64,000 bases of DNA from Acidimicrobiales bacterium (GCA_044370695.1 JBILVB010000001.1:3673-67672); one strand, 5' to 3'. Shown: positions 22,730 through 32,284, numbered from the stretch's first letter. Made by a program: numbers and translations. Notes: a model not told the origin generated them from the letters alone.

Positions 22730-24427
22730 TCAACAGGCCTTCGCAACGCTCAGTGTCACGCGGGCACCCCGGGAGGTCGAGGCGTTCGCCGCCGGAGTCT
22801 GTTCCACGACCGTGTCCGGCACCTCCGTGCTGCAGCGTTCGTTCGCCTGCCCGAGGAGCCCCGCCTGGGCGAGCGCCTGAAGCGCTGCGTCCCGGCGTTG
22901 GCCGACGACTGCCGGGACCACGAGCCCTTTCGAGACCGTCACGGTCACGATCGAACCTCGCGTCGTGGGTTGGCCGCCCGGTGGACTGATCTCGATCACC
23001 TGACCGGCCGGAACCTCCGGATTGGGCACGGCCGGCTTCACGTTGGCCTGCAACCCCGCCTGTTGGATGAGGCGCACGGCGTCGTCCCGGGAGGTGCCGG
23101 GTGGGATCTTCGGCACGACGGCGGAGGTGTCGGCCTTGGCCACGCTCAGCGTGACGAGGTCGCCGACGTTCAGCTTCGTGCCTGCAGCAGGCTCCTGGGC
23201 GACGATCGTTCCGGGCTCGACGGAGTTGTCCGGCTTGCTCAGCGGTTGGATCCGCATACCGCGTTGGGAGAGTTCGGCGCTCGCGCTCAAGTAGTCGCGA
23301 CGGCGGAAGTCGGCGAGCACCCACTGTTCGGGGCCAGTCGACACGATCAGGTTGATCGTGGACCTCGCCGCAACCCGCGAGCCGGGCGCCGGCGCCTGAA
23401 GCAGGATCCGACCGAACGGCTGGGGATCGCTGCGAGCGTCGATGATCAGACCGTCCAACTTCTCGGCCAGCAGCGCCGTGCTCGCCGCCTGGAAATCGAG
23501 GGAGGTCAGGTCCGGTACCGTCCGCAGCTCCTCGGCGTCGTCGAGCACCCGGGGTACGACGAGGACACCGACGACGGCGAGAACGGCGAGAACGGCGAGC
23601 GCGATCGAGACGGGCACTGCGACGCGCGTCGGGCGCCCCGGGGACGCGCTCGACCGGGGCGACGGGACCCCGACGACGTCGAGCGTGGCATCGTGCCGAC
23701 CGATCGTCCGGCCGTCGATGGGCGACACCACCTCGAACACGAGCGCCATGCGACCGGAGACGGTCGTGGACGCCACCCTCGGCGTGATGGTGACCTGGAA
23801 CGTGACCGGTGAGCCCGGGGCGACCGAGCCGGAGGTCGGGGTGCAACTCACCCAGGAACCGGGCACGCCGCGCACGACGACCGCGCGGGCCTCGATCGAG
23901 TCGCCCGTCGGCTCGACCCGAAGCGCGAACTCGGCGCTCGAACCCGGCATCACCGTCACCGAAGCAGGGGACAGGAGTGCCGCCGACGGCTCGGGGGACG
24001 GCCGCCCGCCGGGCGTGGAGACGACGACCGAAGGCGCCTCCACGGGGGCGGGCGGCGGGGCGGCCGACGAGGCACGCAGCGGAGTAGGGGGCGAAGCGAG
24101 CGGGGCAGGCGGCTCCGGGTCGACGATGATCGGCACCTGATCGGGTTGCCGTGCCGTGCCGGCCGCCCGTGTCACCGCTGCACCGGCCGAGGTGACGTCC
24201 CCAGGCCCGACGGCGCGTTTGCGGGTGCGTCCTGCAAACCAGCTCGGAGCTTCCGCCGGAACACCGCCGAACTCGACGGTGGGCTGCAGCGGATCCGGCG
24301 GGTGGGACGCCCCGCTCGCTCGCTCGGGCGGGTTCGGGCCCGGCGAAGCCGAACCGAGGTAGCTGTCGCAGCGAGAGCAGAACACCGTGCCGACCGGATT
24401 GCGGTGCCCGCACGAGGCGCAGTCCAT
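22730..24427 (-). CDS. Zn-ribbon - beta-sandwich - TM - 4x PASTA domain protein (no kinase or PBP domain)
   Basis: ATG 24427 (MDCASCGHRNPVGTVFCSRCDSYL) follows AGGGGGA. TM VAVPVSIALAVLAVLAVVGVLVV. Four PASTA-like repeats end in ...INLIVS, ...VTLSVA, ...VTVTVS and ...VTLSVA. Confidence 0.8.
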   Translation of the reverse strand: MDCASCGHRNPVGTVFCSRCDSYLGSASPGPNPPERASGASHPPDPLQPTVEFGGVPAEAPSWFAGRTRKRAVGPGDVTSAGAAVTRAAGTARQPDQVPIIVDPEPPAPLASPPTPLRASSAAPPPAPVEAPSVVVSTPGGRPSPEPSAALLSPASVTVMPGSSAEFALRVEPTGDSIEARAVVVRGVPGSWVSCTPTSGSVAPGSPVTFQVTITPRVASTTVSGRMALVFEVVSPIDGRTIGRHDATLDVVGVPSPRSSASPGRPTRVAVPVSIALAVLAVLAVVGVLVVPRVLDDAEELRTVPDLTSLDFQAASTALLAEKLDGLIIDARSDPQPFGRILLQAPAPGSRVAARSTINLIVSTGPEQWVLADFRRRDYLSASAELSQRGMRIQPLSKPDNSVEPGTIVAQEPAAGTKLNVGDLVTLSVAKADTSAVVPKIPPGTSRDDAVRLIQQAGLQANVKPAVPNPEVPAGQVIEISPPGGQPTTRGSIVTVTVSKGLVVPAVVGQRRDAALQALAQAGLLGQANERCSTEVPDTVVEQTPAANASTSRGARVTLSVAKAC

Positions 24428-24513
24428 GTCCCCCTGGCCGATCCCGAGGCGGCAACCGTCGCCGCCGTGCGTGGCGACGCTACACCGGCCCGGGGCGACC
24501 CTCGGAGGCTGCC

Positions 24514-25203
24514 ATGATGCGCGGCGAGGAGGAACCGGTGCCGATCGATCACGAGCCGAGCGACGACTGGGCCGCCATGGCGCAGGCCGCTGCGGCGCTT
24601 CGCCGTCTGAACCGCGCCTTCGCCGGGCGGGTCGCCTCCGACGACGAGCTGCGGTCGCTCGCCGCCACCGCCGGAGCGCTCGCGTCACGCCTGGAGTCGG
24701 GTGCCGCCCGATCGAAAGAACAGGTCATGGGCGCGGCGCTCGGCATCACCCCGGGCTCGGTGGCGCCGGGCGCGACCCCGGTCGGTGACGAGCTCGAGTT
24801 CGACCCGCTCGGCGCCGGCGGCGGCCGCCTTCACCCGGCCAGCGTCGGGTTCCGCCTCGTGCGCGACACCGAGACCTCGGTGCGGTGCACCACCGTCGTC
24901 GACGGCATGTTCCAAGGCCCGCCGGAGCGGGTGCACGGCGGGATCGTGGCATTGCTCTTCGACGAGGTGATGAGCGCGCTCAACCGGGCCATGGGCACCC
25001 GGGCCTTCACCGCCCGGCTCACGCTGAACCTGCGCGCCCCGGCCCCGGTCGGCTCGGAGATCACGATCCGGGCGTGGCGGCAGTCCGTCGAGGGCCGCAA
25101 GATCACCATCTGCGCCGAAGGCCACGGGATCGACGGGACGTTCGCCGACGCCGACGGGCTGTTCATCGCCTGGAAGGACCAGGGTGGTGCCGCCGGCGGC
25201 TGA
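24514..25203 (+). CDS. PaaI-family hotdog thioesterase
   Basis: GPPERVHGGIVALLFDEVM core motif. ATG follows CGGAGG. Confidence 0.8.
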   Translation: MMRGEEEPVPIDHEPSDDWAAMAQAAAALRRLNRAFAGRVASDDELRSLAATAGALASRLESGAARSKEQVMGAALGITPGSVAPGATPVGDELEFDPLGAGGGRLHPASVGFRLVRDTETSVRCTTVVDGMFQGPPERVHGGIVALLFDEVMSALNRAMGTRAFTARLTLNLRAPAPVGSEITIRAWRQSVEGRKITICAEGHGIDGTFADADGLFIAWKDQGGAAGG

Positions 25204-25249
25204 GGACCGGGGATCGCCGGTCGGCCCCGAACTGATCGAGGCGACGCCG

Positions 25250-25576
25250 ATGCGACCCCGGCCCGGACGACCGGTCGGTCGTGTCGTGCGAGCCCCCGAC
25301 GGTCGATCGCCGGCGATGTTCGAATGGGAGCTGCGTGCCCAGGAGTGGTCCGACGAGCATCCGCACGACGAGTACGTCTACGTGCTCGACGGAGAGGTGC
25401 ACGTCACTGCGGGCGGGATCACCGTCGTGACCGGCCCCGGCGGGCTCGTACGGGTGCCGGCCGGCGTGCGAGGCCACTACGCCGCCCCGGACTACGCGCA
25501 CCTGCTCAGCGTCTATCCGCCGCAGGCCGACGGCACGAGCGATCCCCGCGGCGCGCTGCGCGAGCTCGACCGCTGA
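25250..25576 (+). CDS. cupin domain protein
   Basis: EWELRAQEWSDEHPHDEYVYVLDGEVHVTAGG...VRVPAGV, a cupin beta-barrel pattern. The start is uncertain: ATG 25250 or GTG 25184. Confidence 0.6.
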   Translation: MRPRPGRPVGRVVRAPDGRSPAMFEWELRAQEWSDEHPHDEYVYVLDGEVHVTAGGITVVTGPGGLVRVPAGVRGHYAAPDYAHLLSVYPPQADGTSDPRGALRELDR

Positions 25577-25596
25577 TCGCCCGGCCCACGGCGGGT

Positions 25597-26811
25597 TCAC
25601 TCCACCCGCAGGCCCGTGACCGCCCGCGCGATCACCAGACGCTGGATCTCCGAGGTGCCCTCGAAGATCGTGTAGATCTTCGCATCGCGGTGCCAGCGCT
25701 CGACGGGGTACTCCCGGGTGTAGCCGTAGCCACCGAGGATCTGGATGGCCTGCTCGGTCACCCACACCGCGACCTCGCCGGCCTTCAGCTTCGACATCGA
25801 GCCCTCGCCGCGGTGCAGGCCACCGTTGCGGGCCTGCCAGGCAGCCCGGTGGACCAGCAGGCGGGCGGCGTCGACCTCGGTGGCCATGTCGGCGAGCTTG
25901 AACGCGATGCCCTGGTGCATGGCGATCGGCTTGCCGAACGCCGTACGCTCCTTCGCGTACTCGAGCGCGTACTCGTAGGCGGCCCGAGCGATGCCGATCG
26001 CCTGCGCGCCGACCGTCGGCCGGGTGGCCTCGAAGGTGGCCATGGCCGGCTGCTTGGCGCCGGTCACGCCGGCCTCCCGGGCCCGGGCGAGCTTCGCGTC
26101 GAGCTTGTCCTTGCCGCCCAACAGCATCCGGCCCGGCACCCGCACGTCGTCGAGCACGACCTCGGCGGTGTGCGAGGCCCGGATCCCGTGCTTCGCGTAC
26201 TTCTGACCCTGCGAGAGGCCCGGTACCCCCTTGGGCACCACGAACGTCGCCTGGCCCCGGGACTTGAGCGCCGGGTCGACGGTGGCCACCACGACGTGCA
26301 CGTCGGCGATGCCGCCGTTGGTGATCCACGCCTTGGTGCCGTTGAGCACCCACTCGTCGGTGGCCTCGTCGTACACCGCGCGGGTCCGCAGTGACGACAC
26401 GTCGCTGCCGGCGTCGGGCTCGCTCACGCAGAACGCGCCGAGCTTCACGTCGTCGGCCGTGCCGTAGCACTGCGGCACCCACTCCATCAGCTGCTCGGGC
26501 GTGCCGTTCCCGGCGATGCCCGCGGCGGCCAGCCCCGAGCCGAAGATCGCGAGACCGATGCCGGCGTCGCCCCAGAACAGCTCCTCGGCGGCCACCGGCA
26601 GCATCAACCCGGACGGATCGCCGAAGCTCTGGGCGATGAAGTCGAACGAGTAGAGCCCGACCTTGGCCGCTTCCTGTACCACGGGCCACGGGAACTCCTC
26701 GCGCTCGTCCCACTCGTGGGCGGCGGGCCGAACCACGGCGTCGGCGAAGTCGTGCACCCACTTCTGCACCTGCTGGACGTCTTCGGAGAACTGCAGCGAG
26801 AACTCGGCCAT
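25597..26811 (-). CDS. acyl-CoA dehydrogenase
   Basis: ATG 26811 (MAEFSLQF) follows [23 protein letters not shown] and the C-terminal [17 protein letters not shown] signature. Confidence 0.9.
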   Translation of the reverse strand: MAEFSLQFSEDVQQVQKWVHDFADAVVRPAAHEWDEREEFPWPVVQEAAKVGLYSFDFIAQSFGDPSGLMLPVAAEELFWGDAGIGLAIFGSGLAAAGIAGNGTPEQLMEWVPQCYGTADDVKLGAFCVSEPDAGSDVSSLRTRAVYDEATDEWVLNGTKAWITNGGIADVHVVVATVDPALKSRGQATFVVPKGVPGLSQGQKYAKHGIRASHTAEVVLDDVRVPGRMLLGGKDKLDAKLARAREAGVTGAKQPAMATFEATRPTVGAQAIGIARAAYEYALEYAKERTAFGKPIAMHQGIAFKLADMATEVDAARLLVHRAAWQARNGGLHRGEGSMSKLKAGEVAVWVTEQAIQILGGYGYTREYPVERWHRDAKIYTIFEGTSEIQRLVIARAVTGLRVE

Positions 26812-26834
26812 GGGGCTCCTCCAGGGACGGGGCG

Positions 26835-26869
26835 GGACGGCGGACGGCGGACGGCGGACGGCGGACCGC
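26835..26869. repeat. heptanucleotide tandem repeat (GGACGGC)x4 plus one imperfect unit
   Basis: Read directly in the divergent intergenic region between ACAD (start 26811) and the FMN reductase (start 26917). Confidence 0.9.
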
Positions 26870-26916
26870 GAAGTTACCACTGGGTAACCTCGTCGGGTCA
26901 ACGGCAGCATGCCTTC

Positions 26917-27474
26917 GTGCACGTTCTCGCCATCGCCGGCAGCCTGCGAGCCGGATCCTTCAACGCCGCGTTGTTGCGGGCCGCGCTGGCCCACCTCCCC
27001 GTCGGCGTCACCGTCACGTGGGAGGACGGCCTGCGCGACCTACCCCACTACGACCAGGACCTCGACGACGCCGGCGACCATCCCCTCGTCGGCGCGTTCC
27101 GGGCGCGATGCGCCGCTGCCGACGCCGTGTTCGTCGCCGCCCCGGAGTACAACACCGGTTTGCCGAGCGCGCTGAAGAACGCCCTCGACTGGGCGTCGCG
27201 CCCGTTCGGGAACTCCCCGCTGAAGGGGACCGCCGCCGCCGTGATCGGCACCTCGACGGGTCGCAGTGGCGCCGCGCGCGCCGTGGAGCACGCCCGGTTC
27301 GTGCTGCTGATCTGCGGAGCCCGACTCACCGAGGCCCAGCTCGCCGTGCCCTCGGCCCGCCAGGTCTTCGGCGCCGACCCCGTGGTGCTGCCCGACGACG
27401 TCACCGGCGCGCTGGCCGGCATCGCCGGGGAACTGGTCACGCTCGCATCGGCACCCCCTGCAACGCCGGGGTGA
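26917..27474 (+). CDS. NADPH-dependent FMN reductase family protein
   Basis: [16 protein letters not shown]..., [25 protein letters not shown] 26917 lies inside track ORF 26716..27474. Confidence 0.8.
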   Translation: MHVLAIAGSLRAGSFNAALLRAALAHLPVGVTVTWEDGLRDLPHYDQDLDDAGDHPLVGAFRARCAAADAVFVAAPEYNTGLPSALKNALDWASRPFGNSPLKGTAAAVIGTSTGRSGAARAVEHARFVLLICGARLTEAQLAVPSARQVFGADPVVLPDDVTGALAGIAGELVTLASAPPATPG

Positions 27475-29455
27475 TCGCGCCGAACACCAACTGCGCCCCC
27501 GGCGCGAGGTAGTGCACGCCGTCCCACCGGTAGGACAGGCCCCGGGCCACCTGCTCGTCGGCGCACCATTCCGCAGGGCCGGCGACGAAACGGGCCCGCT
27601 GGGGTTCCTCGGCCGCCACCCGCCGCAGCACGTCGTTCAGGTGCCGCACCCGCGCGTCCTCACCCCGCTCGGGCAGCAGGGGCAACCCGCCGACGGCGAT
27701 CGGCCGGTAACAGGGAACCTCCAGCAGGACCGTGGTCGCACCGGCTGCCGAGACCGCTTCGATCCCGGCTCGCAACGTGCCGAGGAGCACGGCGTCGTGC
27801 TCGGGCGTACCGAACCGCAGGACCGTGCCGTTGCGGTCGAGATCGAACACGTCCCACGCGCCGATCAGCACGAGCGCGGCATCGGCCTTGGCCGAGGCCA
27901 CCGAACGGGCCCAGCGTTGCGGCGCGTCCTTGCACGGGTCGAAGAACCGTCGGAATCCGGCGCTCGAGCGCATCGACCCACCGGGGAACAGCCCGCATCC
28001 CTCGATCGAGCCGTCGACGAGACCGAAGGCCGCCGTGGCCGTGCCGGGCGCGTTGCGCACCAACGTCATCGCCTGGGAGTCGCCGACGACGGCGACGGTG
28101 CGCCGCCCGGGCGTCGACACCGCGGTTCCCGGCGGGCCCGCGGACACCGCCCCTCCCGACGCCGCCTCCGGGACCGTCCCGGCCGTCGATGCCCCGGCCG
28201 TCGATGCGGGTGTCACCTCCGATGCGCCGCCTGCCGGCACCGGCCCGGTGGCGAGATCCACCTCCTCGGCGCCGGCGAGTCGGTAGCCGGCGAACGGCAC
28301 GACCAGCGCGACGGCCAGCCCGGCCGCCAGGGCCGGCCGCCGGGCCCATCGCCGCTCGCGGATCGGGGTCTCGACGTACGCGTAGGTCAGCTCCGTGGCC
28401 AACACGGTGACCGCCGCCCGGAACGCGAGCAACTGCCAACCCGACATCCCGGTGTCGGCCTCCGTGAACACGACGATCACCGGCCAGTGCCACAGGTACA
28501 GCCCGTAGGAGCGTCGCCCCACCCACTGCAGCGCAGAGGTCGCCAGCACCGTTCGGAACCGGCGCGCCCCGGGGTGGACGGCGGCGGCGATGGCCACGAG
28601 CGACACGAGCGACACTGCGGCCATCCCGCCCCGGTACAGCACCGGGCCGAGCGATTCGGTCGGCAGGAAGAAGCCGTAGGTGTCGAACCCGACCACGGCG
28701 ATGGCCAACAGCGCCAGCGCGCCGAACCCGGCGGCGTCCAGCAGCGGCAGTGCTCGACGCCCGGCCGCGGGATGCCGCCACGGCCGCCACACGCACGCGA
28801 GCGCCGACCCGGCCAGGAGCCCCGACGCCCTCGTGTCGGTGCCAACGTAGGCCCGTGTGGCGTCTCCCGTCGGGTCGGCGAGGACCACGAACCACACGGC
28901 CGAGGCCACCGCCAACCCGCCGAGCACGGCGCCGGCCCGACCGACGCGTGCCCCGACCCGGGCCGCCAACGCCCCGAACGCCACCGGGAACACGAGGTAC
29001 CACTGTTCCTCGACCGCCAGCGACCACAGGTGCCGCAACAGCGGTGGCCGCCCGAGCTGATCGAAGTACCCCTGCCCGGTCCAGATCTGCCACCAGTTCG
29101 ACACGTAGAAGACCGACGCCACCAGGTCGCTGCGCAGCCGCGCGAGCGCATCGGGGACCTGCCAGGCGGCGTAGGCAGCGACGACCACGAGCATCGTCGC
29201 CAGCGCCGGCAGCAACCGTCGCGCCCGCCGAATCCAGAACTGCCGCAACGAGATCGTCCCGGTCATGTCACGCTCGTCGAGCAGCAACGCAGTGATCAGG
29301 AAACCGCTGACGACGAAGAAGACCTCGACGCCGAGGTAGCCGCCACCGAACCACCCCCAACCGAGGTGGTAGGCGATCACCACGAGCACCGACACCGCCC
29401 GCAGGCCGTCGAGCGCCGGCTGGTGCGGCAGTCGCACGACGGGCCCGGAGCTCAT
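27437..29455 (-). CDS. acyltransferase-3 (OafA-like) membrane protein with C-terminal SGNH domain
   Basis: ALDGLRAVSVLVVIAYH, multiple TM helices, then VAVVGDSQAMTL and an SGNH-like C-terminal domain. Confidence 0.85.
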   Translation of the reverse strand: MSSGPVVRLPHQPALDGLRAVSVLVVIAYHLGWGWFGGGYLGVEVFFVVSGFLITALLLDERDMTGTISLRQFWIRRARRLLPALATMLVVVAAYAAWQVPDALARLRSDLVASVFYVSNWWQIWTGQGYFDQLGRPPLLRHLWSLAVEEQWYLVFPVAFGALAARVGARVGRAGAVLGGLAVASAVWFVVLADPTGDATRAYVGTDTRASGLLAGSALACVWRPWRHPAAGRRALPLLDAAGFGALALLAIAVVGFDTYGFFLPTESLGPVLYRGGMAAVSLVSLVAIAAAVHPGARRFRTVLATSALQWVGRRSYGLYLWHWPVIVVFTEADTGMSGWQLLAFRAAVTVLATELTYAYVETPIRERRWARRPALAAGLAVALVVPFAGYRLAGAEEVDLATGPVPAGGASEVTPASTAGASTAGTVPEAASGGAVSAGPPGTAVSTPGRRTVAVVGDSQAMTLVRNAPGTATAAFGLVDGSIEGCGLFPGGSMRSSAGFRRFFDPCKDAPQRWARSVASAKADAALVLIGAWDVFDLDRNGTVLRFGTPEHDAVLLGTLRAGIEAVSAAGATTVLLEVPCYRPIAVGGLPLLPERGEDARVRHLNDVLRRVAAEEPQRARFVAGPAEWCADEQVARGLSYRWDGVHYLAPGAQLVFGAITPALQGVPMRA

Positions 29456-29466
29456 GGGACCCGAAC

Positions 29467-30351
29467 CTACTGAGGCTCCTGGCGGATGCGCCGGTACCGG
29501 GGCGCGCGCCCCGTGGTGCCGTAGGCCATGCCGGCGAGCTTGTCGTTGAGGCCCTTGAACATGTGGCTGTACTGGGTGATGCGAGGACCGGCGGCGAGCA
29601 GCCCGCCGTCGACGACGATGTCCTGGCCGGTGACGAACACCGAGTCGTCACCGGCCAGCCACAGCGCCGCTCCGGCGATGTGCTCGGGCAGGCCGCGGTC
29701 GGGCCACGGCTGCAGTTCGGCGCGCCAGTCGTCGGCCCGGGCCTCGTCGCCCATGTGCATCAACGGGGTGTAGATCACCCCCGGGCAGATGGCGTTCACC
29801 CGGATCCGGAACGGTGCGAGCTCGAGGGCGGCGGCCTGCGACAGGCGTGACACGGCGGCCTTGGCCGCCGAGTAGGGCGTCGCCCCGCCGCCGGCGTTGA
29901 TCCCGGCGATCGAGGCGGTGTTGATGATCGACCCGCCCCGGCCGGCGTCGATCATCACCTTGGCCGCGTGCTTGATCCCGAGGAACACCGAACGGACGTC
30001 GACCGCGAACGTCTCGTCCCACGCGTCGACGTCGATCTCGGTGATCGCCCCGAACGCCCCGCCGATCCCGGCGTTGTTGAACATCACGTCGAGCCGGCCG
30101 AACGCCTCGACGGCCAGGCTCACGAGCGCAGCGACGTCGTCCTCCACGGCGACGTCGGTGCGGGAGAACCGCACGCGCTCGTGCTGGCCGCGGGCCCGGC
30201 AGGCCGCCAGGAGTTCGTCCCCCTTGGCGGTGTTGAGGTCGGCGACGACCACGCAGGCGCCCTCGGCCAAGAAGCGTTCGACGCTTCCGAGGCCCATGCC
30301 GCTCGCCCCACCGGTGATGACGGCGACCTTGCCGTCGAGCCGTCCGCTCAT
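29467..30351 (-). CDS. short-chain dehydrogenase/reductase
   Basis: GKVAVITGGASGMGLG, YSAAKAAV. Confidence 0.85.
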   Translation of the reverse strand: MSGRLDGKVAVITGGASGMGLGSVERFLAEGACVVVADLNTAKGDELLAACRARGQHERVRFSRTDVAVEDDVAALVSLAVEAFGRLDVMFNNAGIGGAFGAITEIDVDAWDETFAVDVRSVFLGIKHAAKVMIDAGRGGSIINTASIAGINAGGGATPYSAAKAAVSRLSQAAALELAPFRIRVNAICPGVIYTPLMHMGDEARADDWRAELQPWPDRGLPEHIAGAALWLAGDDSVFVTGQDIVVDGGLLAAGPRITQYSHMFKGLNDKLAGMAYGTTGRAPRYRRIRQEPQ

Positions 30352-30420
30352 CGAGATTCCCTCCTCGCCGGTGCCCCCTGCGCCGGCACCCGCATCCTGG
30401 CCCGGCTCGGACGCCTGCGC

Positions 30421-31776
30421 CTACCGACGGACCTTGGTGCCCTCGCGGGTGGTCTCGACCACCCAGCCGTCGGCCTGGAGTGCGGCCCGGAGCTCGTCGG
30501 CAGCGGCGAAATCCCTCGCCGCACGCGCAGCGTCGAGGGCGGCCGCCCGAGCCGCCACGTCGTCGGGAACGTCCGCAGCCGCCTTGAGCCGCAGGCCGAC
30601 CGCGTCGCACGCGGCGCGCACGGCCGCCGCCAACGACCCCGCAACCGACGCCTCGCCGGCGTCGAGGGCCGCGTTGGCCCGGGTGACGGCGTCGAACACG
30701 ACCGCCATCGCACCCGGGGTGTCGAGATCGTCGTCCATGCGCGCCGCGAAGTCGGCGAGCACCGCAGCGTCGGGCGCGGCGCCGTCGGCGGGATGGCGGC
30801 GGGCCAGTCCGTCGAGCCGGCCGAGCGCCTTCACGGCGGCTTCGAGCACCTCGGCGCTCACGCCGACCGGTGAGCGGTAGTGCGACTGCAGCAGGACCAT
30901 CCGGTACGCCCGGGCGTCGTAGACCTCCGTGAGGTCGAGGAGGTTCGCCACGTTCCCGAGCGACTTCGACATCTTCTCGCCCTCGGCGTCGACCACGAAG
31001 CCGTTGTGCATCCAATGGTTCGCGAACCGCTTGCCGAGTGCGACCGCCTGGGCCCGTTCGTTCTCGTGGTGGGGGAAGCGCAGGTCCATGCCCCCGCAGT
31101 GCAGATCGAAACCCTCCCCCAGCAGCTCCAGCGACATGACGACGCATTCGGAGTGCCAGCCGGGCCGGCCGGCGCCCCACGGCGAGGGCCACGAGGGCTC
31201 GCCGGGCTTCGACAGCTTCCACAGCGCGAAGTCCGCCGGGTGGCGCTTGGCCTCGGCGCCGAACACCTCCCGCTCCCCACCGCCGGCGAGCAGGTCCTCG
31301 AGCCGCTGGTGGGCGAGCAGCCCGTAGTCGTCCACCGTCTCCACCGACAGGTACACGCCGTCGGCCGTGGCATAGGCCCGGCCGGTATCGACGAGCCGAC
31401 CGATCATGTCGACCATCTGGGTGACGTAGTCGGTGGCGTGGGGGACGTCGGTCGGGCGCTCCACGTCGAGGCGGGACATCGCCGTGAACCACACGTCCTC
31501 GCACCGGCGGGCGATGTCGCTCGGGTCGCGCCCCTCGCGCTGGGCCCGGTCGATGATCTTGTCGTCGATGTCGGTGATGTTCGACACCAGGCGCACCTCG
31601 AGGCCCTGCCATCGCAGGTAGCGACGCAGCACGTCGTAGACGAGCGTCGCCCGGCCGTGGCCGAGGTGTGGCGGACCGTAGACGGTCGGCCCGCACAGGT
31701 AGATGGTCACGACCCCCGGCTCGCGCAGGGCGAGCTCTCGAACCTGCTGGGTGGCGGAGTCGTAGAGCCGGATCAC
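30421..31776 (-). CDS. cysS: cysteine--tRNA ligase
   Basis: Class I motifs HLGH (GPPHLGHGR) and KMSKS, CGGMDLRFPHHENE, plus a C-terminal anticodon-binding/DALR-type extension. GTG start 31776. Confidence 0.9.
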   Translation of the reverse strand: MIRLYDSATQQVRELALREPGVVTIYLCGPTVYGPPHLGHGRATLVYDVLRRYLRWQGLEVRLVSNITDIDDKIIDRAQREGRDPSDIARRCEDVWFTAMSRLDVERPTDVPHATDYVTQMVDMIGRLVDTGRAYATADGVYLSVETVDDYGLLAHQRLEDLLAGGGEREVFGAEAKRHPADFALWKLSKPGEPSWPSPWGAGRPGWHSECVVMSLELLGEGFDLHCGGMDLRFPHHENERAQAVALGKRFANHWMHNGFVVDAEGEKMSKSLGNVANLLDLTEVYDARAYRMVLLQSHYRSPVGVSAEVLEAAVKALGRLDGLARRHPADGAAPDAAVLADFAARMDDDLDTPGAMAVVFDAVTRANAALDAGEASVAGSLAAAVRAACDAVGLRLKAAADVPDDVAARAAALDAARAARDFAAADELRAALQADGWVVETTREGTKVRR

Positions 31777-31836
31777 GGGCGCCGAGCGTACCGGCCGCCC
31801 GCGATCCGGCTCCGTCGAGAATCGTCAGCAGCCGGC

Positions 31837-32262
31837 TCAGGCGGCGGGACGAGAGCCCTTCGACACCCAGTACTCGTTCAGCGCGGCCTGGACCTTCGTG
31901 TACCAGATGATGTTCCCGATGAGCGGCAGGAGGAACCACAGGCCGAGCAGGGGCTGGACCGGGCTCTGGCGACCGTCCCGCTGGTACATCTTGGCGATCT
32001 CCATCGGGATGAGGAACATCGTCACCGGCGCCACGAGCAGGGCGATGACCAGGTGCACCGCGCCGCCGAGGCCCTCGCCGGTGTGCTGCTTGAGATCCTC
32101 ACCGGTGCGGAAGCTCCACACGATCGTCCAGATCCCGCAGGTGACGATCGCGAGGAGGATGTTCAGTCCGGACTTGTAGAAGATGCCGTCCAAGCTCGGC
32201 GGAACGGGGCCGGTGGCCGGACCGGTCGAAGCGACGGGGGGCGGTGGCGGTGCCTGACTCAT
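31837..32262 (-). CDS. DUF4234-like small membrane protein
   Basis: Pro-rich N-terminus, TCGIWTIVW motif, 3-4 hydrophobic helices. Confidence 0.65.
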   Translation of the reverse strand: MSQAPPPPPVASTGPATGPVPPSLDGIFYKSGLNILLAIVTCGIWTIVWSFRTGEDLKQHTGEGLGGAVHLVIALLVAPVTMFLIPMEIAKMYQRDGRQSPVQPLLGLWFLLPLIGNIIWYTKVQAALNEYWVSKGSRPAA

Positions 32263-32284
32263 GCCCTCACCGTAGCGGCCCCCG

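Noticed and set aside
22698-24455. 585-aa minus-strand ORF in another frame of the PASTA gene
   Set aside because: Same strand but off-frame, with Arg/Gly/Pro-rich junk. The 22730..24427 frame gives a Zn-ribbon, a TM helix and four PASTA repeats.
30421-31776. Alternative call as mycothiol ligase MshC (a CysS paralogue in Actinomycetota)
   Set aside because: The protein is 451 aa and keeps a C-terminal helical anticodon-binding-type extension ending ...ADELRAALQADGWVVETTREGTKVRR, which is typical of CysS. MshC is shorter and lacks this extension. The call is still unverified without phylogeny.
29648-31939. 763-aa minus-strand ORF spanning the SDR/cysS region
   Set aside because: It is off-frame relative to cysS (HLGH/KMSKS present in the 30421..31776 frame) and its composition is dominated by Arg/Gly/Pro.
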